DNA of 64,000 nucleotides from Synechococcus sp. (GCA_051439605.1 JBFRWN010000070.1:1-64000); one strand, 5' to 3'; numbered from the stretch's first letter, positions 47,775 to 59,568 are shown. Notes: a model not told the origin generated them from the sequence alone. Made by a program: numbers and translations.

Positions 47775-49571
47775 TTATCCACCCACCCACAACACATCTG
47801 TTTTGAGAAACTCCTCTGCCTCTGCTGCATTTAACGGCATCGAAAAAAAGTACCCCTGACCGTATTCGCAACCCATCTGTCTTAACTGCTCCACCAATTC
47901 AAGGCTTTCCACCCCCTCGGCGATCGCCGTCATACCTAAGCTGTGGGCCAATGTTACGATGGCTTGAACAATGGCAGGGTTACCTTCGTCTTGGCCCATT
48001 TCCCGAACGAAAGACTGGTCAATTTTAAGGGTGTTGAGGGGCAGCTTGAGCAAGTAACTCATGGAGGAATAGCCCGTACCAAAATCATCCAGACATAGTT
48101 GAATATGACGATCGCGCAGTTTCTGCAGAAGGCGGCGAGCTGATTCGGGGTTCACCATTAGGGCACTTTCGGTGAGCTCTAATTTGAGCTGACCTCCACG
48201 GAGTGGAATCTCCCCCAGCGTACGATCGATTTCGCTCAGTAAGTCAGAACGGATAAGTTGACGAGGGGATATATTGACGCTCATCCACAGCGGGCGATCG
48301 CGTCCTTTCTGCCATATTTGTAGCTGTTGACAAGCCTGCTGCAGGCTCCAGAGACCGATCCGATCGATCTCTCCGGTTTCTTCGGCGACGGGTATAAACT
48401 CTGCGGGGGACATGTCGCGATCGGGATGATTCCAGCGCACGAGGGCTTCAAATCCAGAAATTTCGCCCGTTTTGAGGGCAATGATGGGCTGGTAATACAG
48501 CTCCATTTCATCTTTGGCGATCGCCTGACGCAGGTCGTTTTCTACATAAAGGCGATCGCTGACTCGTTCGTGCATCACCGCTTCAAACAGCTTGACGCTC
48601 CCCGGCCCTTCATTTTTAGCTTCGTACATGGCGGCATCCGCCTCTCGCATCAGGGTTTCGGGATTGGTGTTATGGGCCCGACCAAACGCGATCCCCGCAC
48701 AAAAATCAATATAGACTTCCCGCCGCTGCAATTCAAACGGTTTTTCCAGCAGGGCTCGGACGGTTAACAGCACGTTGAAGGCCTCTCGGTCCGTGGAGGC
48801 CCGAGAGGCAATCAAGCCAAACTCATCCTCCCCCAACCGCGCCAAGAAGATACTTTCGGGCAGGTTAATTCTTAGACGATTGCCAAGCGCCTTTAGGGCT
48901 TTATCGCCCTCGCTATGTCCTAACGAGTCATTAATGACTTTGAAGCGATCGCAATCAATCAATATCAGTGCAAATCCTTTTTCTTGCCCTTGTTTAAGAC
49001 GGTGAAATTGCTCTCTTAAGTGCTGTAGTAAATTCAGGCGGTTGGGCAGGCCCGTCAAGCTGTCGTAGAGGGCCATTCGCTCTAAAGTACGGGTGCGTTC
49101 CTTAACTTGAATTTCTAGCCGCTCGCTCCATTGCTGTAGTTCGCGATGTTGTCGCTGTAGAGCAAGATGACTGGCCACCCTCACCAAAACCTCTTGGGGT
49201 TGAAAAGGTCTCATGATGTAGTCGCTACCCCCTACCTCGAAGGCGCGGACTTTATCTTTAATGTCTTCGAGAGTGCTAATAAAAACAACAGGAATATTCT
49301 GCGTGAGCTTGTCTGCCTTGAGGCGAGTACAAACTTCAAAGCCATTCAACTCTGGCATGTTGATATCCATCAGGATGATATCTGGCTGATGGGTTTGGGC
49401 TAATTTTAGGGCTGAGTATCCGTTGTCGGCCTCGTAAACTCGGTATCCCTCTCGGGTGAGGATTTTAGACAGGGCCAACCGGTTGACGGAGGTGTCGTCA
49501 ACAATCAAAATTTCGTCTGAATCAGTGTCAAGATGTGCGGTCGGCATAACGCCTTTGCGAGAGTGGGCCAA
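47775..49571 (-). CDS. REC-GGDEF-EAL response regulator (c-di-GMP turnover)
   Basis: ILIVDD..PDIILMDINMP, DSLTGLPNR, degenerate GEDEF, intact EAL (FEALVRW) and DDFGTGYSS. Confidence 0.93.
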   Translation of the reverse strand: MAHSRKGVMPTAHLDTDSDEILIVDDTSVNRLALSKILTREGYRVYEADNGYSALKLAQTHQPDIILMDINMPELNGFEVCTRLKADKLTQNIPVVFISTLEDIKDKVRAFEVGGSDYIMRPFQPQEVLVRVASHLALQRQHRELQQWSERLEIQVKERTRTLERMALYDSLTGLPNRLNLLQHLREQFHRLKQGQEKGFALILIDCDRFKVINDSLGHSEGDKALKALGNRLRINLPESIFLARLGEDEFGLIASRASTDREAFNVLLTVRALLEKPFELQRREVYIDFCAGIAFGRAHNTNPETLMREADAAMYEAKNEGPGSVKLFEAVMHERVSDRLYVENDLRQAIAKDEMELYYQPIIALKTGEISGFEALVRWNHPDRDMSPAEFIPVAEETGEIDRIGLWSLQQACQQLQIWQKGRDRPLWMSVNISPRQLIRSDLLSEIDRTLGEIPLRGGQLKLELTESALMVNPESARRLLQKLRDRHIQLCLDDFGTGYSSMSYLLKLPLNTLKIDQSFVREMGQDEGNPAIVQAIVTLAHSLGMTAIAEGVESLELVEQLRQMGCEYGQGYFFSMPLNAAEAEEFLKTDVLWVGG

Positions 49572-50776
49572 GTATCGAGTGGGCTAGTCGGACTCTGTGA
49601 GCAGAGCGGTGAGGATGGGCTGAATTGTATACGACCCCCATTGTTGGCGCAGTCTTTTGGGCCTTAGAACACCCGCACAAGAGCAGTCGGGGGAGAAAGT
49701 TGTTGGGGAGGGGTTTGTTATTCCGGAATTAACCATCGGCTACTGAAATAACTCATAGATGCCCATCCTCAACAATATCGAGTATACATTGTTTATTTTA
49801 TTGCTCTACATGGGTTGATTTGTTAACAGAAATATTCTCCAGAAACACTTAATTAGGCTGGCATCAATCGGGAATGGTGTCGAGGGCGAGCAAGCTGAAG
49901 CGCTGTAGGGAGAGATGGACGATTGCTAACAACGGAACTTATGGGGCTGGTAACTCATTGGCACTCGTTGTGAAATAGATATGTGCCGATGCCAAAAAGT
50001 TCCTGCGTCTAAGTCGTTTTTACTCTTCTCGATCGTGGCTTTAACAAGCCAAGGATCTTTCGACCGAACATTGCTCGAAGATTTTTCAGCAGTCCCCATT
50101 TAGGCAGTTTCAACCCCTTGCCTTTGAGCTGTTGAATGATGCCGTTGTTCTCAAAATATAGCTTATGGTGTCCGCGTCTATGTTTTCGCCACTGAGGATG
50201 ATGCCGACACGACCTTTTGCTTGAACAGTTCCGCTGAGGATGGTGGTCGCCGGGCCGAGGTCGTGGCCCACCCTGGCGATCGCTTGGGCATGGTTACCGG
50301 AGGAAAAGGTGATGAGGCCTCGGTTCCGCTCTGTTGGGGTGAGTTGGGAGATAGCGTTGTAAGCTCCCCGGTATTTAAATGCGCCAATTTTCTGTAAGTT
50401 TCTCGCATTTGAAGAAGAGTTCTGCCCCCATCATCTTGTTTAAGACGCTTGAGCTGGCGATTGGGGTGATGTGGGCTTTGTCTGATAGACGTTTGCAGCA
50501 TCGAGTACGCAATCGCTCGTGCAAGGTTCCATACAGTTGAGTCAGCCACTGAAACGACTCATATCATTGTGGCAAGGAACTACGAACCCAATACTCTACT
50601 TGTTGGCAGATCGGGTGAGATCTCGTTCACTCACTTTTTCGTTTTTCTCATGCAGGCAAAGTGACAAAAAGTTTATAGCGGACGATCGGTCGGCTGTCCT
50701 CTTTACAATGGAATTGTAGGAGATAGAGCAGATTGCATTTGACAAACAACTCTCCATCGAGTTGAAAACAGTAGAC

Positions 50777-51205
50777 ATGACTTCAACATCAGCAGCTATT
50801 CACAAACCCCGTAGAAAGAGCGTTCCACGCTCTGAAAACCTGATTCGCCCGCGATCGCACAGCGCGATCGCCGAGACGCCTTTAGAACGAGCCTGCATGC
50901 AAGTTGCCGAGCGGCTAGCAGCGGTTGAGGCCGAGGAGGAGTTCAATGTTGTTGCTAAGGTTTTTGAGGTTTTAGACAGAGCTCAACAGGAGCTGCACCA
51001 GCAGCGCGTCAAAGAAACTGTTGAATCTGGAAAACGTTTGCGAAGCACAATCGAGACATATCTAAAGTATGCCTTTAGTTTTGCAATTGTTGGTTTGGGT
51101 GCCCTTCTGCTGCAGGGTGGCGAACCCCAGATCGGATATCTATTGCTGGGACTAGGCATTGGCACGATCTGTGGCTCTACAATCGAGCTTTCCGAATATA
51201 GCTAG
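50777..51205 (+). CDS. Hypothetical protein (coiled coil plus two C-terminal TMs)
   Basis: Long ORF with a hydrophobic hairpin at the C-terminus. Confidence 0.6.
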   Translation: MTSTSAAIHKPRRKSVPRSENLIRPRSHSAIAETPLERACMQVAERLAAVEAEEEFNVVAKVFEVLDRAQQELHQQRVKETVESGKRLRSTIETYLKYAFSFAIVGLGALLLQGGEPQIGYLLLGLGIGTICGSTIELSEYS

Positions 51206-51221
51206 TTGCGGGGGCAATACA

Positions 51222-51449
51222 ATGACCGAATCTTTGGTTTCTGTAGAACAACAATTTGAGTCTTCCGAGGGGGTATCTAAACCGAATATTGTAGTTATTT
51301 TGTCCATTGTTCTGATTGTCTGGGGTCTTATCTCGCTGAGTCTTGCGGCTCTAAATATCTCTGGCATCCAAAGCGCGATTAATATTTGGCTGTTTGTGGG
51401 TGGATTCAATTTGGCAGTGGGCTTTGCAATGCTCAGTAATCACAGATGA
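51222..51449 (+). CDS. Small hypothetical membrane protein
   Basis: Two TM helices; lies 16 nt downstream of the previous gene. Confidence 0.55.
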   Translation: MTESLVSVEQQFESSEGVSKPNIVVILSIVLIVWGLISLSLAALNISGIQSAINIWLFVGGFNLAVGFAMLSNHR

Positions 51450-51649
51450 CCGCTACGGTGCTAGAGGATGTTTCGGAATATTTCTGAAGGAGTCTCGATC
51501 CCTCAGGTGGATAGTATTTGCTCTGAGGGCAACATTCTTCAGGACAGCCAACAGCGATCGCTGAATGTTGCCCCCCCGCAGAGGGGAATACAGGACAAAA
51601 AAAATGCCCCCATTTCTGGGGATAAGTCATCTAGAGGAAGCAAATCTGA

Positions 51650-52441
51650 CTAAAACTGGCGGCGGGCAAAAATCATCACCGCGATCGCTAGCAATCCTGT
51701 GGCGTAACATAAACTGTACAACGCAGAAAAACCCATGTCTGCGGGGGTAGGTAGTTGGGCGTAAATGGCGTCATTCTTTAAGTTAAGGCGGGTGAAGTCC
51801 GGCAGAATCAAGAACAACCCCTGCATCATAGACTTAGCGACACTGGCCTCCATATTTTGGGCAAATTGCAGCAGCGTCTGGCTGAGGTGACCCATGACGT
51901 ACAGGGCCAGCGTCAGCAAGGTGGCTATCAGGGAAGAAGTAATGACTCCGAACAGAAGGGCAGCCCCCAGGATGACTACCTGCTCAAAAAAGATAAACAG
52001 GATGGCAAGTAACAGAGAGGTATAGGGCAGATCCGTTTGCAATATCGCCACTCCCCCCAAATAAATGGGGGTCATGATGGCAAGTAACACCGAAATCAAC
52101 ACGGCCATGCCAAAGTGCTTACCGACAATCAGTTCCGCTCGGCTCAACGGCTTGGCCACCAGCATATACATGGTGCGCTTTTCAATTTCCTTGTTGATCA
52201 GGTTGGGGCCTATGAATGCGGCCACCAGCAACGCCAAAATGTTAATCCCAGCCAATCCTAAGTTAAGGACAACGGTGACCTCTGCTCCATTAGAAATATC
52301 GGGAAGTAGCAGTACAGCCCCCGCCATCACCACTACAAAAAGTAGAACCAAATAGAGAATTTTGTCCCGTACAGTTTCGCGGAAAACATTATGGGCGATT
52401 GCCCAGATACGTTTACCGTTTAACAATCCCAGACCATCCAT
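51650..52441 (-). CDS. ABC-2-type transporter permease
   Basis: RIWAIAHNVFRETVRDKILY and KEIEKRTMYMLVAKPLSRAELIVGKHFG; six TMs. Confidence 0.88.
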   Translation of the reverse strand: MDGLGLLNGKRIWAIAHNVFRETVRDKILYLVLLFVVVMAGAVLLLPDISNGAEVTVVLNLGLAGINILALLVAAFIGPNLINKEIEKRTMYMLVAKPLSRAELIVGKHFGMAVLISVLLAIMTPIYLGGVAILQTDLPYTSLLLAILFIFFEQVVILGAALLFGVITSSLIATLLTLALYVMGHLSQTLLQFAQNMEASVAKSMMQGLFLILPDFTRLNLKNDAIYAQLPTPADMGFSALYSLCYATGLLAIAVMIFARRQF

Positions 52442-52541
52442 ATTGTATTGGCTTCTCCTTACAGCTTTTTGATGAGCTGACAGCGCTTTGAGGACCGTCA
52501 GCGGTAATGTTGAAGGTGATAGTGTTAGTTTTCCCAATTCC

Positions 52542-52808
52542 ATGGAATTTTCAGCTCGGATCGTTGTCAGTCTCCGCCCCTCTGTCCTTGACCCTGCCGG
52601 GACTGCCGTGCAGCACAGCCTGCACCATTTGGGTTACGAATCTGTGGAAGGGGTGCGTATTGGTAAAAACATCACGTTGACCTTGACTGCTGCCGATACA
52701 GATACCGCCCGCCAAGATGTGGAAGCGATGTGCGAGAAGCTATTGACCAACCCCGTGATTGAGAATTACACCATCGAGATTGAGTCTGTGGCAGCGGCTG
52801 TGAGCTAG
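52542..52808 (+). CDS. purS: Phosphoribosylformylglycinamidine synthase subunit PurS
   Basis: LRPSVLDPAG, VRIGK and CEKLLTNPVIENY. Confidence 0.96.
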   Translation: MEFSARIVVSLRPSVLDPAGTAVQHSLHHLGYESVEGVRIGKNITLTLTAADTDTARQDVEAMCEKLLTNPVIENYTIEIESVAAAVS

Positions 52809-52919
52809 GGGCAATCCGATAGGTTTCCCTGCATCGTTCAGAATTCTTGCCAGCAGACTTGAAAGATCCAGGCAACCGTTATGTCTTTTTAGGTGAACCA
52901 TCTATTAGGGTTTAGAGAT

Positions 52920-53648
52920 ATGGGCAAGTGCAAATTTGGGGTAGTGGTATTTCCCGGTTCCAACTGCGATCGCGATGTGGTGAACGTTACACTCGGTTTA
53001 CTCGACTGCCCCACCCGCTTAATTTGGCATCAGGATACCGACCTTAGCGATGTGGATGTCGTGGTGCTACCTGGTGGGTTTAGCTACGGTGACTATTTGC
53101 GGTGTGGGGCGATCGCTCATTTCTCCCCGGCGATGCAGGCGGTGAAGGAATTTGCCGATAAAGGGGGCTACGTGCTGGGCATCTGCAACGGTTGGCAGAT
53201 TTTGCTGGAGTCCGGCCTCCTACCCGGAGCACTGGTGCGCAACCAGCAGTTGAAGTTTATCTGCGATCGCGTAGGCCTCAAGCTAGAGCGTGATGGTTTG
53301 CCTTGGACGCAGGGTTATTCGTTAGGCCAGACAATCTCGATGCCCATTGCTCATGGCGAGGGCCGCTACTATTGCGATGACGATACACTGAAGCGCTTGG
53401 AAGACAACAATCAGGTGGTGTGGCGCTATTGCGATAACGGCAATGGCCTAGCCAATCCCAACGGTTCCGTCAGTTCCATCGCCGGTATTTGTAACCCAGC
53501 TGGCAATGTTTTGGGAATGATGCCCCACCCCGAGAGGGCGGTGGAGGCCATCTTGAATTTGGGCGAACCCGGCCAATGTGATGGACTGCCCCTGTGGCAG
53601 GGGATTGCTTCTGCTATTGAAGCAAGTGCAGGGTTGGTGTCTGTTTAA
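52920..53648 (+). CDS. purQ: FGAM synthase glutaminase subunit PurQ
   Basis: [28 protein letters not shown] and GMMPHPER. Confidence 0.97.
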   Translation: MGKCKFGVVVFPGSNCDRDVVNVTLGLLDCPTRLIWHQDTDLSDVDVVVLPGGFSYGDYLRCGAIAHFSPAMQAVKEFADKGGYVLGICNGWQILLESGLLPGALVRNQQLKFICDRVGLKLERDGLPWTQGYSLGQTISMPIAHGEGRYYCDDDTLKRLEDNNQVVWRYCDNGNGLANPNGSVSSIAGICNPAGNVLGMMPHPERAVEAILNLGEPGQCDGLPLWQGIASAIEASAGLVSV

Positions 53649-53751
53649 TTCATCCAGACTAAGATCCAGAACACCTCCTTACACACTGCCCCTAGCAGAT
53701 ATATCTGCCGCCTTCTTAGGTAGAGTGGGTTCTGGAATTGTGGAGCTTCCC

Positions 53752-54648
53752 ATGCAGTCATGCGTGCTCAACGCCCCTGGCAAAATCAATCTGTATTTGG
53801 AAATTACCGGAGATCGCCCCGATGGGTTTCACAGCGTGGTCATGGTGCTGCAGTCAGTTGAGCTGAGCGATCGCGTGGCATTAACCCTGCAGCGGGAAGG
53901 GATTACTCTCAGTTGCGATCGTCCAGAAGTGCCCAATGACAGTAGTAATTTGGCTTATAAAGCCGCAGCGTTGCTGAAAAAACACTGCAAATGCGAAGGG
54001 GGGGTGGATATCGCGATCGAAAAGCGCATTCCTGTCGGGGCTGGTATGGCAGGGGGATCCACCGATGCTGCGGCCGTGCTGGTGGGTCTGAATCAACTGT
54101 GGAATTTGGGGCTAACGGAACTGGACCTGCAAGATCTGGCCGCAGAATTAGGGTCGGACATCCCCTTCTGCGTGCGCGGAGGGACCATGTTAGCCATTGG
54201 GCGGGGAGAGCAGCTATCCCCCCTGCCCGATTTACAGCCAGTCTCCCTGTTGCTAGGCAAGCATCGCGATCTTTCGGTGTCCACCGCTTGGGCGTACAAA
54301 AACTATTGCGAGCAGCATGCTGGCCAGAGGGGTCCGATTAGCCCGCTCCTTTCGGCGATCGCCCACCAAGATCTACCCGCCATAGGCCAGAGTCTATATA
54401 ACGACCTTGAATCCGTTGTCCTGCCCCTCTATACGCAGGTGGAGGCTCTGAAGACCTCAATAAGCTCTGCCACAGGCAGCCTGGGGGGTATGATGTCGGG
54501 CTCGGGACCGACGGTATTTGGCCTATTTAAAACATTAGATGGGGCGAATGCAGCACGCGATTCTTTAGCCGGATCCTGCCCCGATATCGAGTTTTGGGTC
54601 ACATTTACCAGCCCAGCTGGAATTTCCATGGTGGAAACTCGGCCTTAG
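53752..54648 (+). CDS. ispE: 4-diphosphocytidyl-2-C-methyl-D-erythritol kinase
   Basis: APGKINLYLEI, KRIPVGAGMAGGSTDAA, GSDIPF and MSGSGPT. Confidence 0.96.
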   Translation: MQSCVLNAPGKINLYLEITGDRPDGFHSVVMVLQSVELSDRVALTLQREGITLSCDRPEVPNDSSNLAYKAAALLKKHCKCEGGVDIAIEKRIPVGAGMAGGSTDAAAVLVGLNQLWNLGLTELDLQDLAAELGSDIPFCVRGGTMLAIGRGEQLSPLPDLQPVSLLLGKHRDLSVSTAWAYKNYCEQHAGQRGPISPLLSAIAHQDLPAIGQSLYNDLESVVLPLYTQVEALKTSISSATGSLGGMMSGSGPTVFGLFKTLDGANAARDSLAGSCPDIEFWVTFTSPAGISMVETRP

Positions 54649-54785
54649 CGGTGAGCTCTCTCTATTAGCTCCCGTCTCGGTCTGATAATGGTCAGCCACA
54701 AACTTCCCAATTCAGCCAAGCAACCTAGAGCTCCTCCTCCGACCGGAAGCTAAAATTCACCGATTATTGATGTGAAACTTATAAA

Positions 54786-56636
54786 TTGGATGACTATCGT
54801 TACAATAGTAGCCATCTTTTCATTTGGGGACTGGTTCTCTTGGCCGATTTCTCCTCCTCCACCATTGCCATCTCCCCCACATTTGAGGGCACTTGGGATG
54901 TTGTAATTGTCGGAAGTGGAGCCGCAGGTCTTTATGCTGCCCTAAGTTTCCCGTCCGACTGGCGTATTCTCCTTGTCACGAAAGAAACCCTGCCCACATC
55001 CTCCAGCAGTTGGGCGCAAGGGGGAATTGCCGCCGCTACTGAGCCAGATGATTCCCCAAGATTACATGCGGCTGACACCCTGCGAGCAGGGGTAGGTCTT
55101 TGCGAGCCCGAAGCCGTTAATGTACTGGTTCAAGAGGCTAGCGATCGCATCGAAGAATTACTGCGTTGGGGAGTGGAGTTCGATCGCGCGAAACAAAACG
55201 GCGACCCATCCCCAGAATTAGGTACGCTTCCTTATCGCTTGGCTGTCACACTAGAGGCCGCCCATTCTCGCCGGCGCGTTTTGCACGTAGCCGATGCCAC
55301 CGGCAAAGCGTTGGTGCAACGGCTGCTGGCCCGAGTCATTGAAGCCCCTAATATCACGATTTGGGAACGGGCTCATGTGGTGGATTTATGGATGGACCAG
55401 GGCCGCTGCTGCGGCGCGTACGGAGTTCGCTGGAACGAAGCCTCTTCTTCCACTCCTCCACAAGGATTTAGCCTCCGGGCAGGAGCGACAGTTTTGGCCA
55501 CTGGCGGAGCCGGGCAACTGTATACCCACACCACCAATCCCTCCTCCAGCACTGGTGACGGTCAGGCGATCGCCTGGCGAGCGGGGGCGGCATTGCGGGA
55601 CTTGGAGTTTATGCAGTTCCATCCCACAGCGTTAATGGTACCGAATGCTCCTAGATTTTTGATTAGCGAAGCTGTGCGTGGGGAAGGGGCCCATTTGGTG
55701 GATGCCTCCGGCAGAAGATTTGCCTTCGATTACCATCCAGATGGCGAGTTGGCCCCCCGAGATGTGGTCAGCCGGGCCATTTTCCTTCATCTGCAACAGC
55801 GTTCTCCAGAGGAGCCGAACCACGTTTGGCTGGATATGCGCCATCTTGCCCCCAGTACTATTCAGCATCGTTTTCCCACCATTGCCAAGGTATGCAAGCG
55901 TCACGGAGTGGATGTTTTCTCCCAACTCGTTCCCGTTGCTCCTGCGGCCCATTATTGGATGGGGGGAATAGAAACCGATCTGTGGGGAAGAACGTCCCTA
56001 CCTCAGCTCTATGCCGTGGGTGAAGTGGCTAGTACTGGGGTTCACGGTGCCAACCGCTTAGCGAGTAATTCATTACTAGAGTGCTTGGTGTTCGCCCACC
56101 GTTTAGCGGCGGCGATCGGCAAAGAAAATAGTCGGTCTGCCTCCTCAGCTATTTCATATGACATCTCTGCCAGACCTGTGGAGGAGAAAGAATTACCCAA
56201 TATGGTTTTACCTGTGGGAGGTAAGGACGTGCAGCATCAGACACGGTCATTAGCCAAAATCATGTGGGATGCCGCCGGTATCTTGCGCAACGCCGATCGC
56301 CTGACAGCAGCCTTACAAGAGCTTGAGACTTTACAACCCCCTTCACAATTTCTGAGAAGTGATGGGGAGTCAAGTCGCCAGTCCCAAGAGACTTTACCAG
56401 CAATGGTAGTGCCGCTGCTGCCATACATGCAACGCAGTTTGGAGCTGCGCAATTTACTGACAATTGCCCCTTTAGTTTTACATAGCACCCTTTTCCGAAC
56501 CGAAAGTCGTGGAGGCCACTATCGCGACGATTATCCTGCGTCAGACGATCGCTGGTTGGGGCACACTCGTTGTGTGGCGACGGAAATATTGTTTGCTCCT
56601 TTAGGGGCTACTCAACTTCCCGTGACGTCTAGCTAG
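54786..56636 (+). CDS. nadB: L-aspartate oxidase
   Basis: VGSGAAGL, WAQGGIAA, EAAHSRRRVLH, QFHPT, LISEAVRGEG and HGANRLASNSLLE. The start may be slightly downstream. Confidence 0.96.
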   Translation: MDDYRYNSSHLFIWGLVLLADFSSSTIAISPTFEGTWDVVIVGSGAAGLYAALSFPSDWRILLVTKETLPTSSSSWAQGGIAAATEPDDSPRLHAADTLRAGVGLCEPEAVNVLVQEASDRIEELLRWGVEFDRAKQNGDPSPELGTLPYRLAVTLEAAHSRRRVLHVADATGKALVQRLLARVIEAPNITIWERAHVVDLWMDQGRCCGAYGVRWNEASSSTPPQGFSLRAGATVLATGGAGQLYTHTTNPSSSTGDGQAIAWRAGAALRDLEFMQFHPTALMVPNAPRFLISEAVRGEGAHLVDASGRRFAFDYHPDGELAPRDVVSRAIFLHLQQRSPEEPNHVWLDMRHLAPSTIQHRFPTIAKVCKRHGVDVFSQLVPVAPAAHYWMGGIETDLWGRTSLPQLYAVGEVASTGVHGANRLASNSLLECLVFAHRLAAAIGKENSRSASSAISYDISARPVEEKELPNMVLPVGGKDVQHQTRSLAKIMWDAAGILRNADRLTAALQELETLQPPSQFLRSDGESSRQSQETLPAMVVPLLPYMQRSLELRNLLTIAPLVLHSTLFRTESRGGHYRDDYPASDDRWLGHTRCVATEILFAPLGATQLPVTSS

Positions 56637-56702
56637 TCTTTAGCCAATTGGGGTTTTCTAGCAATTCTTGTCCGAATAATGGCCACAGCGAATTAAAATC
56701 AC

Positions 56703-56737
56703 AAAAAAAGTAAGGGGCCGCACAGTATCAGCCCCCA
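56703..56737 (-). terminator. Probable intrinsic terminator (minus strand)
   Basis: GGGGC..GCCCC stem preceded by an A-run on +. Confidence 0.5.
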
Positions 56738-56825
56738 GGAACGTGAGTGGGTATTGGATTCGGGCGCACTGACAAGGCAGCTAAATTAGCAGTACTTGCA
56801 CCACTTAACATGAATCAACTTGAAA

Positions 56826-57002
56826 TTATGAAGCTCGAGCAGCAGAATTGGCAGATAGCCCCAGGAGCTCCACCAAAAAGCTCGCGCGGTCTTTATTTTT
56901 ATCTGAAAGCACCGCAGTTAGCACCACTTCTTGGTCAGTGGAGGTCAGATCGTCTGCAGATAAAGCATGCTGAACCAACGGTTTGATTAGTTGGAAATCC
57001 AT
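56826..57002 (-). CDS. Small hypothetical protein (58 aa), below the ORF-track cutoff
   Basis: MDFQLIKPLVQHALSADDLTSTDQEVVLTAVLSDKNKDRASFLVELLGLSANSAARAS*; protein-like composition, followed by the terminator above. Confidence 0.55.
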   Translation of the reverse strand: MDFQLIKPLVQHALSADDLTSTDQEVVLTAVLSDKNKDRASFLVELLGLSANSAARAS

Positions 57003-57239
57003 CGGAGAGCGTCTGATTCACGACCCCATTAGTATGCACTACGGAAACAGAATGGGTCGTATCCTACGATACCTGCAATCTTACGTATATACTTCTAGAA
57101 AGTATTGTGCTTATAAGCCAAGTATTTTCACCAGAAAAGAGTTTCTTTTCTGTGTAGAGGGCAACAGCCAGTACTCTACACTGTGACACTCTCTCAGATT
57201 TGCCGCAAGCTAAAAGTATGAATAGTTAAATGTCCAGTT

Positions 57240-57548
57240 TTAAATACTAGGTAGCCAGCCTTTAAATTCATCTTTGCGGAAAACGCGTGGGCGAGAACGG
57301 GGACCAAACCGAATCAGGCTGGGTAGGCCGTGTTCTAGAATGTTGCGCTTGAGCCAGGTGCCAATCGGTGTGCGACCGTCAGCGGGCATTTCAGACTGGA
57401 AGTGGCTGTACATCAGCAACAATTGATTGCTGGATTGCAGTGGGGCGTTGTCTTCAATCAGCTTTGGCAAGATAGTGCTTGGTGTGCGGGAAGCTGTATT
57501 GCGGTTGTCTAGCGATCGTCGGTAATAGTTTTTCCGAGTGCGGGGCAT
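57240..57548 (-). CDS. Hypothetical basic protein (102 aa)
   Basis: ATG with an upstream AGGA; co-oriented with pgi. Confidence 0.6.
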   Translation of the reverse strand: MPRTRKNYYRRSLDNRNTASRTPSTILPKLIEDNAPLQSSNQLLLMYSHFQSEMPADGRTPIGTWLKRNILEHGLPSLIRFGPRSRPRVFRKDEFKGWLPSI

Positions 57549-57984
57549 ATAAATTGAATCCTACGTGGAGGTTACGCCAATTGAGGAGTCACAGGAGTTC
57601 ACTTGTTCGGCCGTTCCAACAGGTCTACACATTCATTGGAGTGGCGGAATAATAGTGCGTTGAGCTGTTCCGCGAGCGCAGGCAAGTTTGCACCCAGCAT
57701 CGTTACAGATGTGTTTGGCAAATGTAGGAGGTCAGCGACTTAAAGTGGCTGATGGGGTAAGACGTCGAGGCTTTTTACTAAGGAATCGTATCGTTACCCA
57801 AAAACCTGCTAGGACATGCAGCTCAATCGATAGAAAAAGTGACCTAGGCTAATACCTATTATGCAGTGTTTGCGACAAAATCGCCAGGACGCTAGTTCAA
57901 GCTGCTGTCAGGCTCTCTATCTGATGTGCAATTCTCCTGTTCCAATCGGCCAGCTCACCAACACTAACTTCGGCCTCAGGTCAT

Positions 57985-59568
57985 CTAAGAATCGATCGCC
58001 AGTTTGAGGCTGCGGGGGTCTCCCCAATCCCCTTCTAGGGCCTGAATGCGATTGTTGGCCGCAAGATGTCGGACAATTTGGTAAATGCTTTCGATACGCT
58101 CCTCAGCCGAGATGCTACTTGCCAGTTGCGATAACGTAGAGGGCTGTTTCTGCAACTCTTCCAGTACCTGGGTTTGAAGGTCTAGGATGCTAGCCGCTGC
58201 TTTTTTCCCCGCTTCAACCCCAGGCTGGTGATAGGCGTTGATATTGATCAGCGAGGCATATAGACCCACTGCCCGCTCGTATAGGGCAATTAATGCCCCC
58301 ACCGAGCGTTCGTCAACGCTTGGTAAGGTAACCGTGATTGAATCGCGATCGCTATGGAATAATGCTTGACGCGTACCCAGCAGAAAGCCGGTCAAATAAT
58401 CTCCAGATGTCACCCCTGGTTCTAGTTCGATGGAGGGATGGTTGCGATCGTGAAGAACTTCAATAAATGTGGCAAAGAAGTTCTTGACCCCGTCACGGAG
58501 TTGCTGAACGTAGGCATGTTGATCGGTGGAACCTTTGTTGCCGTAAACCGCTAATCCTTGGTTGACTGTCATGCCTGACAAGTCTTGAGCTTTCCCAAGA
58601 GACTCCATCACCAACTGCTGCAAATAGCGGCTAAACAGCATGAGGCGGTCTTTGTAGGGTAATACCACCATGTCTTTGCTGCCTCGACCATCCCCCAGCC
58701 AGTACCAGCAAGCGGCCAACAACGCGGCAGGGTTGCCCCGCAAGCTGGGCAGGCGGGTGGCTTCATCCATGGTTTTTGCCCCCGCCAAGAGCGCGCGAAT
58801 ATCGATGCCCTGTAGCGCGGCTGGCACCAAACCCACAGCTGAGAACTCGGAAGTTCTGCCCCCCACCCAATCGTCCATAGGGAACGTGGCTAGCCAGCCC
58901 TCAAAACTGGCCCGATCGTCTAACTTGCTACCGACCCCAGTAATGGCTACCGCGTGGGCCGAAAATTCCAGGCCTGCATCTGCAAACACCGCCTGGACTT
59001 CTGTCATACCGTTCCGAGGCTCTGGAGTTCCTCCCGATTTGGAGGTGACCGTCACTAGGGTGGTACTGAGCCGTTCCCCTAAGGTTGCTAGGACGCGATC
59101 GATGCCGTCGGGGTCGGTGTTGTCAATAAAGTGAATATTCAGGGGAGGGCGATCTGGGGCAAGGGCAGCCGCAACAAACTGAGGTCCGAGGGCGGAACCA
59201 CCGATACCGATTGCCAACAAATCTGTAAACTTGCCCCCTGTCGGAGGAAACAGCTTGCCGCTGTGAATGTCGGTGGCGAACGCTTCAATTTTGGTCAGGG
59301 TGGATTCAATGCTTTGGGTTAGCTCTGGCTTGGGGGCTAATTCTGGGGCGCGCAGCCAATAGTGACCTACCATGCGCTGTTCATCCGGATTAGCGATCGC
59401 TCCTGACTCCAGCGCCTTCATGTCCTCAAAGGCCCGATCGAACCGGGGCTCCATCTCGATGATAAAGCTATCTGTAAAACGGACGCGACTGATATCGACG
59501 TATATTCCCAACTCAGCGTTGAAATAGAGCCATTGTTGGTAGCGCTGCCAAAGCTCTGCTGGAGTCAT
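57985..59568 (-). CDS. pgi: Glucose-6-phosphate isomerase
   Basis: [35 protein letters not shown] and [10 protein letters not shown]. Confidence 0.97.
   Translation of the reverse strand: MTPAELWQRYQQWLYFNAELGIYVDISRVRFTDSFIIEMEPRFDRAFEDMKALESGAIANPDEQRMVGHYWLRAPELAPKPELTQSIESTLTKIEAFATDIHSGKLFPPTGGKFTDLLAIGIGGSALGPQFVAAALAPDRPPLNIHFIDNTDPDGIDRVLATLGERLSTTLVTVTSKSGGTPEPRNGMTEVQAVFADAGLEFSAHAVAITGVGSKLDDRASFEGWLATFPMDDWVGGRTSEFSAVGLVPAALQGIDIRALLAGAKTMDEATRLPSLRGNPAALLAACWYWLGDGRGSKDMVVLPYKDRLMLFSRYLQQLVMESLGKAQDLSGMTVNQGLAVYGNKGSTDQHAYVQQLRDGVKNFFATFIEVLHDRNHPSIELEPGVTSGDYLTGFLLGTRQALFHSDRDSITVTLPSVDERSVGALIALYERAVGLYASLININAYHQPGVEAGKKAAASILDLQTQVLEELQKQPSTLSQLASSISAEERIESIYQIVRHLAANNRIQALEGDWGDPRSLKLAIDS

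Noticed and set aside
50178..50549. 123-aa minus-strand ORF
   Set aside because: It has no recognisable motif and a low-complexity tail; I cannot support it as a gene from sequence alone.
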